32,000 bases of DNA, from contig JAQVRT010000002.1 in NCBI GenBank assembly GCA_028700905.1, forward strand, positions 1-32,000, read 5' to 3'. Below the pieces are notes generated by a model. The model was given only the letters and a program-made list of their open reading frames with translations. It ran no database searches and was not told the DNA's origin. The translations under genes were made by a program, and so were the position numbers. Origin of the DNA: Candidatus Iainarchaeum sp. GTDB taxonomy: Archaea > Iainarchaeota > Iainarchaeia > Iainarchaeales > CSSED10-239. This document shows positions 23,926 through 32,000 of this stretch, in pieces (position 1 is the stretch's first letter; the number at the start of each line of letters is the position of its first letter).

Positions 23926-26526
23926 ATGAACATGGTTTTAAAAATAAAAAAAATTACACAAATTAAAAAAAGAACAGGTGAAGTTGTAGATTTTAATAAA
24001 CTAAAAATTAAATCTGCTATTTTAAAAGCAATGAAATCTGTTGATCAAGTTAATGAATCTTTATTAGAGACATTAGTTGAAAAAGTAATTTTAGTTTTAG
24101 AATCTAAATTTGTAAATAAAGTTCCTTCTGTTGAAGATGTTTCAGATACTATAGAATATGTTTTAATTGCAACTGAACAAACTGAAGCTGCAAAATCATT
24201 TATTCTTTATAGAGAAGAAAAAAGAAAATTAAGAGAAAATAAAGAAATTATTGAAGATAAAGAAATTGTTAAAAAATTAAAAGATGCTAAAGTTTCTCTT
24301 TCAAAACAAGCAATTAATGTTTTAAATAATTCAGATGCTTTTAAAGATTTAGGTTTAATTATTTTTTTAGATAGGTATTCTTTAAAATCTAAAAGAGATC
24401 AAATAGAAGTAGGTGATCTTGTAATCACTATTACAAAAGAAGATCCTAAATACCCTAAAAAAGATATTGGTATTGTAAAAGATATTGTTAATAATAAATT
24501 ACATTTACACATGATTACTGGTGTTTATGCAGACCAATATTATAATTATGAATTTATTCAAGATCAAAGTAAATCAGAAAAACCATCAGAATCTGTTTTT
24601 GATACTTATAAAAGAGTTGCAAAAGCTGTTGCAAGAGTTGAAAAAGATGAATATCTTAAAAATAAATGGTTTGAAGAATTTTATGAACAATTAAAAAATA
24701 ACCATATTTCTCCTGGAGGAAGAATTCTTTCTGGTGCATCAGTTGATGATTTAGGTTATACTTCAAATTTAACATTATATAATTGTTATGTGATACCTTC
24801 TGCTAAAGATTCTAGAAGTTCAATTATAAAAGATGCAGCTCACCAAATGACTGAAATTTTTTCAAGAGGTGGTGGTGTTGGAACTTCTCTTTCAAGTTTA
24901 AGACCAGCTTATGCATATGTAAGAGGAGTACATGGTAGATCTTCTGGAGCTGTTTCTTGGGGTGGTTTATTTTCTTTTATAACTGGTTTAATTGAACAAG
25001 GTGGATCAAGAAGAGGTGCTCTAATGCTTATGCTTGATGATTGGCATCCAGATATTTATTCTTTTATTGATTCAAAAACTAAATCTGGTGTTTTAGAACA
25101 TGCAAACATTTCAGTAAAAGTTTCTGATTCATTAATGGAAGCTGTAAAAAATGATGATGATTGGTATTTAGAATTCCCAGATTATGAAAATGCAACTTAT
25201 TCTGAAGTTTATGATCAAGAATGGGATGGAGATTTAAAAGGTTGGAAAGAAAAAGGATATCCTACAAAAATTTATGAAAAAGTAAAAGCTAGAGAACTTT
25301 GGAAAAAAATAATTCAATCTGCATGGAAATCAGCAGAACCAGGTGTTGTTTTCATGGAAAGGTATAATAAATTAAGTAATAGTTATTATTTTAATAAAAT
25401 AGTTGCAACAAATCCATGTGGTGAACAAGGTCTTCCTCCATGGGGTGTTTGTAATCTTGGACACCTTTATTTAGCTTCTTTTGCTGAAAAAGTTGGGGAA
25501 GATGAAATTGGTCCTCTTTATGAATTTAATTGGGATAAATTAAAAAAATCTGCAAGAGTATTAACTAGATTTTTAGATAATATAATTGATTTAACACCAT
25601 ATTTCTTTTCAGAAAATGAAAAAGTTCAAAAATCAGAAAGAAGAATTGGTGGAGGAACTTTAGGTCTTGCAGAATTATTAATAAGATTAAGAATTAAATA
25701 TGGTTCTAAAGAAAGTATAAATTTTATTGATAAATTGTATAAAACAATAACTTGTGAAATGTATTCTACTTCTGCTCTTTTAGCTGAAGAAAAAGGATTC
25801 TTCCCAAAGTTTGATAAAGAAAAATACTTAAATAGTAATTTTATTAAAGAACTTCCTTTAGAAATTCAAGAAAAAATTAAAGAAAAAGGAATTAGAAATG
25901 TAACTTTAATAACTCAAGCACCTACAGGTTCTACTGGAACAATGATTGGAACTTCTACAGGAATAGAACCTTATTTTGCTTTTAAGTTTTATAGACAATC
26001 AAGACTTGGTTTCCACGAAGTAAATGTTCCTTTAGCACAAGATTATATTAAAGATGGAAAACTTCCTGATTTCTTTATTTCAGCAATGGAATTATCTCCT
26101 GATGATCACATTACAGTTCAAGCAGCAATACAAAAATGGACAGATTCTTCTATAAGTAAGACTGCTAATGTTCCTGCAAATTTTACAGTTGAGCAAACTG
26201 AAGAACTTTATATTAAAGCTTATGAACTTGGATGTAAAGGAGTTACAATTTATAGAGATTCTTCAAGAGATGAACAAGCTTTATCAACTGATAAAAATTT
26301 AGAACAAAAGAATGCAAAATCTATTAAAAAACAACTTGATGAAAAAACAAAAAAAGTAAAAGTTCAAGAACCAGTTGTTGAAGAAGAAAAAGAAGATGTA
26401 GTTTATGGTTCTGAAGCTGGAGAAACTTGCCCTTCATGTAGAAAAGGTGTTATGATTAAACTTGGTGGTTGTACAGAGTGTTCTGCAGGTTGTGGATTTA
26501 AAGGTTCTTGTGATATGAAAAATTAA
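23926..26526 (+). CDS. nrdJ: adenosylcobalamin-dependent ribonucleotide reductase (class II, NrdJ) with N-terminal ATP-cone and C-terminal Cys-rich zinc-ribbon tail
   Basis: 866 aa. It has an ATP-cone (KKRTGEVVDFNKLKIKSAILKA), an RNR core (LYNCYV, SRGGGVG, SRRGA) and the active-site finger loop NPCGEQGLPPWGVCNLGH. The tail is TCPSCRKG...GGCTECSAGCGFKGSC. Confidence 0.9.
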   Translation: MNMVLKIKKITQIKKRTGEVVDFNKLKIKSAILKAMKSVDQVNESLLETLVEKVILVLESKFVNKVPSVEDVSDTIEYVLIATEQTEAAKSFILYREEKRKLRENKEIIEDKEIVKKLKDAKVSLSKQAINVLNNSDAFKDLGLIIFLDRYSLKSKRDQIEVGDLVITITKEDPKYPKKDIGIVKDIVNNKLHLHMITGVYADQYYNYEFIQDQSKSEKPSESVFDTYKRVAKAVARVEKDEYLKNKWFEEFYEQLKNNHISPGGRILSGASVDDLGYTSNLTLYNCYVIPSAKDSRSSIIKDAAHQMTEIFSRGGGVGTSLSSLRPAYAYVRGVHGRSSGAVSWGGLFSFITGLIEQGGSRRGALMLMLDDWHPDIYSFIDSKTKSGVLEHANISVKVSDSLMEAVKNDDDWYLEFPDYENATYSEVYDQEWDGDLKGWKEKGYPTKIYEKVKARELWKKIIQSAWKSAEPGVVFMERYNKLSNSYYFNKIVATNPCGEQGLPPWGVCNLGHLYLASFAEKVGEDEIGPLYEFNWDKLKKSARVLTRFLDNIIDLTPYFFSENEKVQKSERRIGGGTLGLAELLIRLRIKYGSKESINFIDKLYKTITCEMYSTSALLAEEKGFFPKFDKEKYLNSNFIKELPLEIQEKIKEKGIRNVTLITQAPTGSTGTMIGTSTGIEPYFAFKFYRQSRLGFHEVNVPLAQDYIKDGKLPDFFISAMELSPDDHITVQAAIQKWTDSSISKTANVPANFTVEQTEELYIKAYELGCKGVTIYRDSSRDEQALSTDKNLEQKNAKSIKKQLDEKTKKVKVQEPVVEEEKEDVVYGSEAGETCPSCRKGVMIKLGGCTECSAGCGFKGSCDMKN

Positions 26527-26544
26527 AAAAGAGGTTTTTTTAAA

Positions 26545-26979
26545 ATGATTAATGTAAAAAAATTAACTGAAACTGCAAAATTACCAGAAAGAGCACATGA
26601 TGATGATGCAGGATTTGATTTATTTTCTGATGAGGATGTTGTTATTCCTGCAATGGAAAGAAAAGTTATAAAGACAGGAATCTCTGTTTCAATTAATTTT
26701 GAATCAACTGATTATAGTTGTTATTTAAGGATTGCTCCAAGATCTGGACTTTCTGTTAAAAAAGGAATTGATGTTTTTGCAGGTGTTGTTGATTTAGGGT
26801 ATAGAGGAGAAATCATGATCTGTTTATTTAATTCTTCAAAAGAAGATTTTGAAATTAAGAAAGGAGATAAGATAGCTCAAATGATACCTACATTAATTTT
26901 AAAAACAAATATACAAGAAGTAAATTCTCTTGAAGACACTTCTAGAGGAGAAAAAGGTTTTGGATCTTCTGGAAATTAA
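26545..26979 (+). CDS. dut: dUTP diphosphatase (trimeric dUTPase)
   Basis: 144 aa with all dUTPase motifs: AGFDL, PRSGL, GVVDLGYRGE and RGEKGFGSSG. Confidence 0.92.
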   Translation: MINVKKLTETAKLPERAHDDDAGFDLFSDEDVVIPAMERKVIKTGISVSINFESTDYSCYLRIAPRSGLSVKKGIDVFAGVVDLGYRGEIMICLFNSSKEDFEIKKGDKIAQMIPTLILKTNIQEVNSLEDTSRGEKGFGSSGN

Positions 26980-27035
26980 ATATGTTTTTAAATTTATTAG
27001 TTTAATTATATTTATTTTACAAAAAAAATAAAAAA

Positions 27036-27245
27036 GTGATATGGAAAATGATTGAAAATATATCTTGGATTTTACCTTTAGTAATAGGTATTGCAATTTG
27101 GGAAATGGTTTGGAAAGGTATTGCTTTATGGAAAGCAGGTACAAGAAAAGAACTTGGTTGGTTTATTTGTATTTTTATAATTAATACAGCAGGAATTTTA
27201 CCAATAGTTTATTTACTTTTCTTTTCAAAAAAAAATAAAAAATAG
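27036..27245 (+). CDS. small two-helix membrane protein (reminiscent of the DUF5652 type)
   Basis: 69-aa ORF with two hydrophobic helices and W-rich connecting sequence (IWEMVWKGIALWKAGTRKELGWFICIFIINTAGILPIVYLLFF). Assignment to the DUF family is from memory only. Confidence 0.5.
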   Translation: MIWKMIENISWILPLVIGIAIWEMVWKGIALWKAGTRKELGWFICIFIINTAGILPIVYLLFFSKKNKK

Positions 27246-27247
27246 AA

Positions 27248-29428
27248 TTATATAACACCTTTTTCTAAATTATTTTTTTTATTTTTTCCTTTTTCTTTTT
27301 CTATATTTTTTATTTCTTTAATTGCTTTTTTAATATGTTTTTCAGTTATTAAAAGATTTTTTTCATTTCCAACTATGTTTTCTCTTAAAACATCCATACC
27401 AGCTTCTCTAACAACAGCTTCAATTTCAGCACCTGAAAAGCCATCTGTTATTTTTGAAAGTTCTTTAATATTTATATTTTTATCAGTATTCATTTTATTT
27501 AAATAAACTTCAAATATTTTTTCTCTTGATTTTAAGTCTGGATTTGGAATTTCTAATTTTAAATCAAATCTTCCTGGTCTTAAAAATGCTGCATCCACTA
27601 TATCTAATCTATTTGTAGCACCAATAATAACAATATCTTTTAATTTTGAAACACCATCCATTTCTGTTAATAATTGTGCTACAACATTATTAGATGCACC
27701 TGATAAATTTTCAGAAGATTTTCTAGAAACTGTAATTGCATCAATTTCATCAAAGAAAATAATTGCTGGTGCAAGTTGTCTGGCTTTTTTAAAAACATCT
27801 CTAATTTTTTTTTCAGATTCTCCAACCCATTTATTAAAAATTTCAGGCCCTTTTATTGATATAAAATTTGCAGAGCTTTCATTTGCTATTGCTTTTGCAA
27901 TTAATGTTTTTCCAGTACCAGGTGGTCCATAAAGTAAAACGCCTGCAGGAGGTGTTAATTTTAATTCTTTAAATTTATCAGGATATTTTAAAGGCCATTC
28001 AATCATTTCTTTTAATTTTTGTTTTTGCTCATCAAGCCCACCAATATCTTCCCAAGTAGTTGTAGGTATTTGAACTTGCACTTCTCTTAATGCAGAAGGT
28101 TCTACAACATTTAGCGCGTCCAAGAAATCTTGGTGTGTTATAATTAATTTATCTAATATCTCTCTCGATAAATGTTTCCCACTTTCTTTATTAATTAAAG
28201 GCATTAATCTTTTTATTGCTTTTAATGCAGCTTCTTTACAGAGTGCTGAAATATCAGCTCCAGAAAATCCATTTGTAATTTCTATAATTTCATCTATGTT
28301 AAGATCTTTAATAGGCATTCCTCTAATATGAACTTGTAATATTTCTTTTCTTGCTTCTTTATCAGGAACATTAATTTCAAGTTCTCTATCAAATCTTCCA
28401 GGTCTTCTTAATGCAGGATCAATTGAATCTGGTATATTTGTTGCAGCAATAACAACAACTTGTCCTCTTGCTGTAAGACCATCCATTAATGTTAAAAGTT
28501 GTGCAACAACACGTTTTTCAGTTTCTCCATGAATGTTTTCTCTTTTTGGAGCAATAGCATCAATTTCATCAATAAAAATAATTGCAGGTGCATTTTCTTC
28601 TGCATCTTTAAAAATATCTCTTAAATTTTCTTCTGATTTTCCATAAACTCCTGAAACAATTTCAGGACCATTAATAGTTATAAATTTTGCATCAGTTTCA
28701 GATGCTACTGCTTTTGCAAGTAAAGTTTTTCCTGTTCCTGGAGGTCCATAAAGTAAAACTCCTTTAGGAGGAGATATACCTAACTTTTTAAAAATCTCTG
28801 GTCTTTTAATAGGAAGTTCAACCATTTCTCTTATAGCTTCAATTTCTTTTTTAAGCCCACCAATATCATCATAAGTCATAGAAGGGGTCTTTGAATCTTC
28901 TGCCTTTTCTGAAATAATTACTTTTGTATTTTCAGTAATCCTTACAGCATTTTTAGGAATTGTTTTATTTACAATTAATTGTAAGTCTCTATAACCATCT
29001 TCTGTTAGAATAGGAAGCCCTGGGATTTTAACAATGTTTTTTTCAACAATATTAATATTTAATAATTTTTCTTTAATTAAACTTTCAACATCTTTAGTTA
29101 AATTTATTTTTTTATTTTTTTCAATAATAGGTGCAAGGTTAATTGTTTCACAAGGCAATACATTTGCTTTTTCTATAAAAACAGAATCATCTATTGATGC
29201 ACCAGAGTTATGTCTTACAATACCATCTATTTTTATTTGATTTAAACCAGCATCAAGTTCTGTGCCTCTAGTTGCATAAGCTAATGCTCTTTTAGATCCT
29301 TCAATTAATATTACATCTCCAATAGTTAATTTCATTTTATCAAAAACAAGTGGATCTAATTTTGCAATACCTTTTAAAGCATCTTTAATATCTGTTTCTT
29401 TAACAGTTAATATTATTTTTTCAACCAT
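27248..29428 (-). CDS. cdc48: Cdc48/VCP-like AAA+ ATPase (two AAA domains)
   Basis: 726 aa. It has a Cdc48 N-domain ([21 protein letters not shown]), two Walker A motifs GPPGTGKT, two Walker B motifs ([16 protein letters not shown]) and SRH regions ([38 protein letters not shown]). Confidence 0.93.
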   Translation of the reverse strand: MVEKIILTVKETDIKDALKGIAKLDPLVFDKMKLTIGDVILIEGSKRALAYATRGTELDAGLNQIKIDGIVRHNSGASIDDSVFIEKANVLPCETINLAPIIEKNKKINLTKDVESLIKEKLLNINIVEKNIVKIPGLPILTEDGYRDLQLIVNKTIPKNAVRITENTKVIISEKAEDSKTPSMTYDDIGGLKKEIEAIREMVELPIKRPEIFKKLGISPPKGVLLYGPPGTGKTLLAKAVASETDAKFITINGPEIVSGVYGKSEENLRDIFKDAEENAPAIIFIDEIDAIAPKRENIHGETEKRVVAQLLTLMDGLTARGQVVVIAATNIPDSIDPALRRPGRFDRELEINVPDKEARKEILQVHIRGMPIKDLNIDEIIEITNGFSGADISALCKEAALKAIKRLMPLINKESGKHLSREILDKLIITHQDFLDALNVVEPSALREVQVQIPTTTWEDIGGLDEQKQKLKEMIEWPLKYPDKFKELKLTPPAGVLLYGPPGTGKTLIAKAIANESSANFISIKGPEIFNKWVGESEKKIRDVFKKARQLAPAIIFFDEIDAITVSRKSSENLSGASNNVVAQLLTEMDGVSKLKDIVIIGATNRLDIVDAAFLRPGRFDLKLEIPNPDLKSREKIFEVYLNKMNTDKNINIKELSKITDGFSGAEIEAVVREAGMDVLRENIVGNEKNLLITEKHIKKAIKEIKNIEKEKGKNKKNNLEKGVI

Positions 29429-29557
29429 ATTTTTTTACACCTTTAAAATAAATTATATATAGTAAGAAACTACTTAAAAATATATTTGTTTTTTTATTAA
29501 ATTAGTTAATTTGTTTTTTTATAATTGTTTTAAACAAATGTCCAAGAAATATAGTGT

Positions 29558-31684
29558 TTATTTTTTCTTTTTGTAAACTCTTTTTTTAGGTGGTGTGCTC
29601 TCTTTTTTATCATTAGACAAATCTTCTTCTTTAGACTCAAGAGCATCGTCTTCTTTCATCTTTTTTAAAAATTCTTCTTTTGTAGGGCATTTATGGTTTA
29701 AACACATTTCATAACTTTTTCCTCTCTTAGAAGAAACTTTTATCATTGGAAATCCACAACTTTCACAATATGCGTCTTCAATAGGAGTTACAATTTTGTT
29801 TTGAGGTAATGGAAATGTATTTTTACATGCAGGATATCCTGAACACGCAACAAATTGTTTACCGGTTTTTCCATGTCTTATAATTAAATTTTTTCCACAC
29901 TTATTACATTTCCCAATGTAATTTTGTTCAGCAATTCCCCCTCTAAGTTCTTTTGCAATTGCATCTTTTTCTTTTAAAAGTATTTTTATAATTTCATGAA
30001 GTATTTTTCTAGATTCATCAACAACATCTTCTTTAGTTTTTTTACCAGATGCTACTTTTTCCATTTCGTTTTCAATATCAGCTGTAAGTTTAGGTTTTGT
30101 AATTGCATCTGAATGTTTATTTAAAACACTACAAACAGATATTGCAATTGGAGTTGGTTCAATTTGTTTTTCAGGTTTAATATATCCTCTATCTTTTAAT
30201 TTTTGTATAATTGCAGGTCTTGTAGATTTAGTCCCTAAGTTTTGATCTTCCATTAATTTAATAAGTCCACCTTCAGTATATCTTGGTGGAGGTGTTGTAA
30301 CTTTTTTATCTAAAAATTTATCTTTAATATTTACAATATTTCCTTTTTCTAAAAATGGTAAAATCACTTCATTTAATTTTGAGAAAATATATATTTTTTT
30401 CCAACCAGGGTCAATTATCCTTTGTCCATTAACAACAAAAGGTTCTTTTAACACATCAATTAAAACTGATAAATTCTCTGTTTTTGCATCTGTTGAAAGA
30501 GTTGCAAGAAATCTTCTAACTACAAGATCATAAATTCTTTTTTCAGTTCCTGATAAATCTACAGCAATATCTACAGGGTAGATAGGAGGGTGATCAGTTG
30601 TTTCTTTATTACCTCTAGATGGTTTTATTGGTTTTTTTAAAATTTCTTTTACATCTTTTTCATATTCTTTAAGACCACTTAGTTTTTCTAAAATACCTTT
30701 AAAATCTAGACTTGCAGGATATACCGTGTTATCTGTTCTAGGATAACTGATTATTCCTTTTTGATATAAACTTTCAGCTGTATTCATTGCAGTTGTTGTT
30801 CCAATACCTAAAGAACTTGCACTTCTTAAAAAATTAGTTGTATTAAAAGGAGTAGGTTTTTTAAGTGTTTTTTCACTTTTTGAAACAGATATGACAGTGC
30901 CTTCTTTTGCATCTTTAATTTTTTCATATATTAAATCTGCTTTTTCAATATCAAACATTTTATTAAGTTTATGAGTACCTTCAAACTTAATTTTATCTTT
31001 TTCAAATAAAATCCTAATCACTCTATATTTTTCTTCAACAAACTTATTTCTTTCAAGTTCTTTTTCTACAATTAAATTTAATAAAGGTGTTTGTACTCTA
31101 CCTGCTGATAAAAACAATTTTCCTTTTCTGTTTGCAATTACTGATAAATATCTAGTTAATATAGCACCCCATAAAAGATCTATTTCTTGTCTTGTAAAAA
31201 CAGAATAAGCGTAGTTAAAATCAAGTTCTCTAAGTTCTTTAAAAGCAGTACTTACTTCTTTTTCAATTAAAGCACTAAAATAAGCTCTTTTTAATGTTGC
31301 TGAAGAATTTTTAATTTTTACATATTCATATGCTTCAAGACCAATGGCTTCTCCTTCTCTATCCGCATCTGTTGCAATTATTATTTCATTTAAATCTTTT
31401 CTTTTTTCTTTTAAAAGAGAAATAATTCTTTTTTCAACTTCTTTATATGTGAATTTTTTGTCAGCTAAAAGATCTAAATTAAATATACTCCAATAACCTT
31501 CTGGATTTTCAAAATCAACAGTATTTATATGTCCTCTTAAAGGTATCAGTAAATAATCTTCTCCATCTTTTTTAAAAGAAAAAGTATCTATACCTTTATC
31601 TTTAACTGTCGTAAATTTGTTTTTAGAAAGTATAGATGCAATTTTTTTTCCTGCAATTGCTTTTTCAGAAATAATTAGTTTCAT
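29558..31684 (-). CDS. topA: type IA DNA topoisomerase (TopA / topoisomerase III-like)
   Basis: 708 aa. It has a Toprim domain (LIISEK...ATDADREGEAIG), the active-site Tyr motif ISYPRTDN and two C-terminal zinc ribbons (CNKCGKNL...CSGYPAC; CESCGFPM...CLNHKC). Confidence 0.9.
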   Translation of the reverse strand: MKLIISEKAIAGKKIASILSKNKFTTVKDKGIDTFSFKKDGEDYLLIPLRGHINTVDFENPEGYWSIFNLDLLADKKFTYKEVEKRIISLLKEKRKDLNEIIIATDADREGEAIGLEAYEYVKIKNSSATLKRAYFSALIEKEVSTAFKELRELDFNYAYSVFTRQEIDLLWGAILTRYLSVIANRKGKLFLSAGRVQTPLLNLIVEKELERNKFVEEKYRVIRILFEKDKIKFEGTHKLNKMFDIEKADLIYEKIKDAKEGTVISVSKSEKTLKKPTPFNTTNFLRSASSLGIGTTTAMNTAESLYQKGIISYPRTDNTVYPASLDFKGILEKLSGLKEYEKDVKEILKKPIKPSRGNKETTDHPPIYPVDIAVDLSGTEKRIYDLVVRRFLATLSTDAKTENLSVLIDVLKEPFVVNGQRIIDPGWKKIYIFSKLNEVILPFLEKGNIVNIKDKFLDKKVTTPPPRYTEGGLIKLMEDQNLGTKSTRPAIIQKLKDRGYIKPEKQIEPTPIAISVCSVLNKHSDAITKPKLTADIENEMEKVASGKKTKEDVVDESRKILHEIIKILLKEKDAIAKELRGGIAEQNYIGKCNKCGKNLIIRHGKTGKQFVACSGYPACKNTFPLPQNKIVTPIEDAYCESCGFPMIKVSSKRGKSYEMCLNHKCPTKEEFLKKMKEDDALESKEEDLSNDKKESTPPKKRVYKKKK

Positions 31685-31699
31685 TAATTAACAGCTCTT

Positions 31700-32000
31700 T
31701 TAAAAAGTTGTTTGTAATATTTTGCTTGGTAGGCTTTTACTGTTTTTATGTTCTTTTAAAATAGTTAAAACATTTACTTTAATTATTCCGTCTACAGAAT
31801 AAATATTATCTAAAACTATTTTAAGATCAGGTTTATCTTGAGCGATTATTTTACAAATTAAGTTATATTCTCCTGTAACTTCACTTATATTTAATATATC
31901 TTCATTTTCTTTTAATTTTTTTATAATTTCATTTTTTTTAGAAGGATCTAAACAAATTAAAAGTTCAATAATTTCATTATAACCTATAATATTATAATCA
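31700..32000 (-). CDS. Lrp/AsnC-family regulator, C-terminal (RAM/ligand-binding) part; 5' end lies outside the window
   Basis: This ORF is not in the supplied track because it is open at the window edge. My minus-strand translation reads ...DYNIIGYNEIIELLICLDPSKKNEIIKKLKENEDILNISEVTGEYNLICKIIAQDKPDLKIVLDNIYSVDGIIKVNVLTILKEHKNSKSLPSKILQTTF, with the stop at 31700-31702. The V.G.Y.L...I.A.D ... I..I.GI pattern is typical of the Lrp/AsnC RAM domain. Confidence 0.55.
   Translation of the reverse strand, partial: DYNIIGYNEIIELLICLDPSKKNEIIKKLKENEDILNISEVTGEYNLICKIIAQDKPDLKIVLDNIYSVDGIIKVNVLTILKEHKNSKSLPSKILQTTF

Noticed and set aside
23926-26526. Possible intein or insertion in NrdJ because of its length (866 aa) and a poorly conserved stretch around residues 150-230
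   Set aside because: There are no intein block motifs (no Cys/Ser-start with a His-Asn-Cys/Ser/Thr splice junction pattern). The length is normal for a class II RNR with an ATP-cone and a C-terminal zinc-ribbon tail.

Overview
Very AT-rich (about a quarter G+C by eye) archaeal chromosome segment. The gene content fits a small-genome, DPANN-type archaeon, which is an inference. Archaeal markers are TFE, aTrm56, Taw3, Elp3, a DUF373 membrane protein, Cdc48, an XerA-like recombinase and an initiator tRNA with A1:U72. I support about 31 CDS (one truncated by the window edge) and four tRNAs without encoded CCA (Phe-GAA, Lys-CUU, Lys-UUU, iMet-CAU). I saw no rRNA and no CRISPR array. Housekeeping blocks are taw3/elp3/trm56 (tRNA modification), a bacterial-type mutS-mutL pair, a cobA-nrdJ-dut nucleotide operon, cdc48, topA and the 3' part of an Lrp/AsnC regulator. 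A surface block holds a 1162-aa coiled-coil lipoprotein and CARDB/S-layer-like proteins. The most unusual stretch is 19.96-23.4 kb, between tRNA-iMet and cobA. (i) Nine exact copies of the palindrome GTAATTAC, plus ATAATTAC variants, are arranged in phased arrays on both sides of one small gene with a winged-helix-like C-terminus. I found no other exact copy elsewhere in the window. (ii) A pair of G+C-rich 20-bp inverted repeats brackets a PRC-barrel gene cassette right next to a tyrosine recombinase gene, which could be an invertible or mobile cassette. A second candidate is a translationally coupled wHTH plus mini-Rossmann (CARF-like) gene pair fused to the end of elp3. All family assignments rest on motif recognition by eye; no searches were run.
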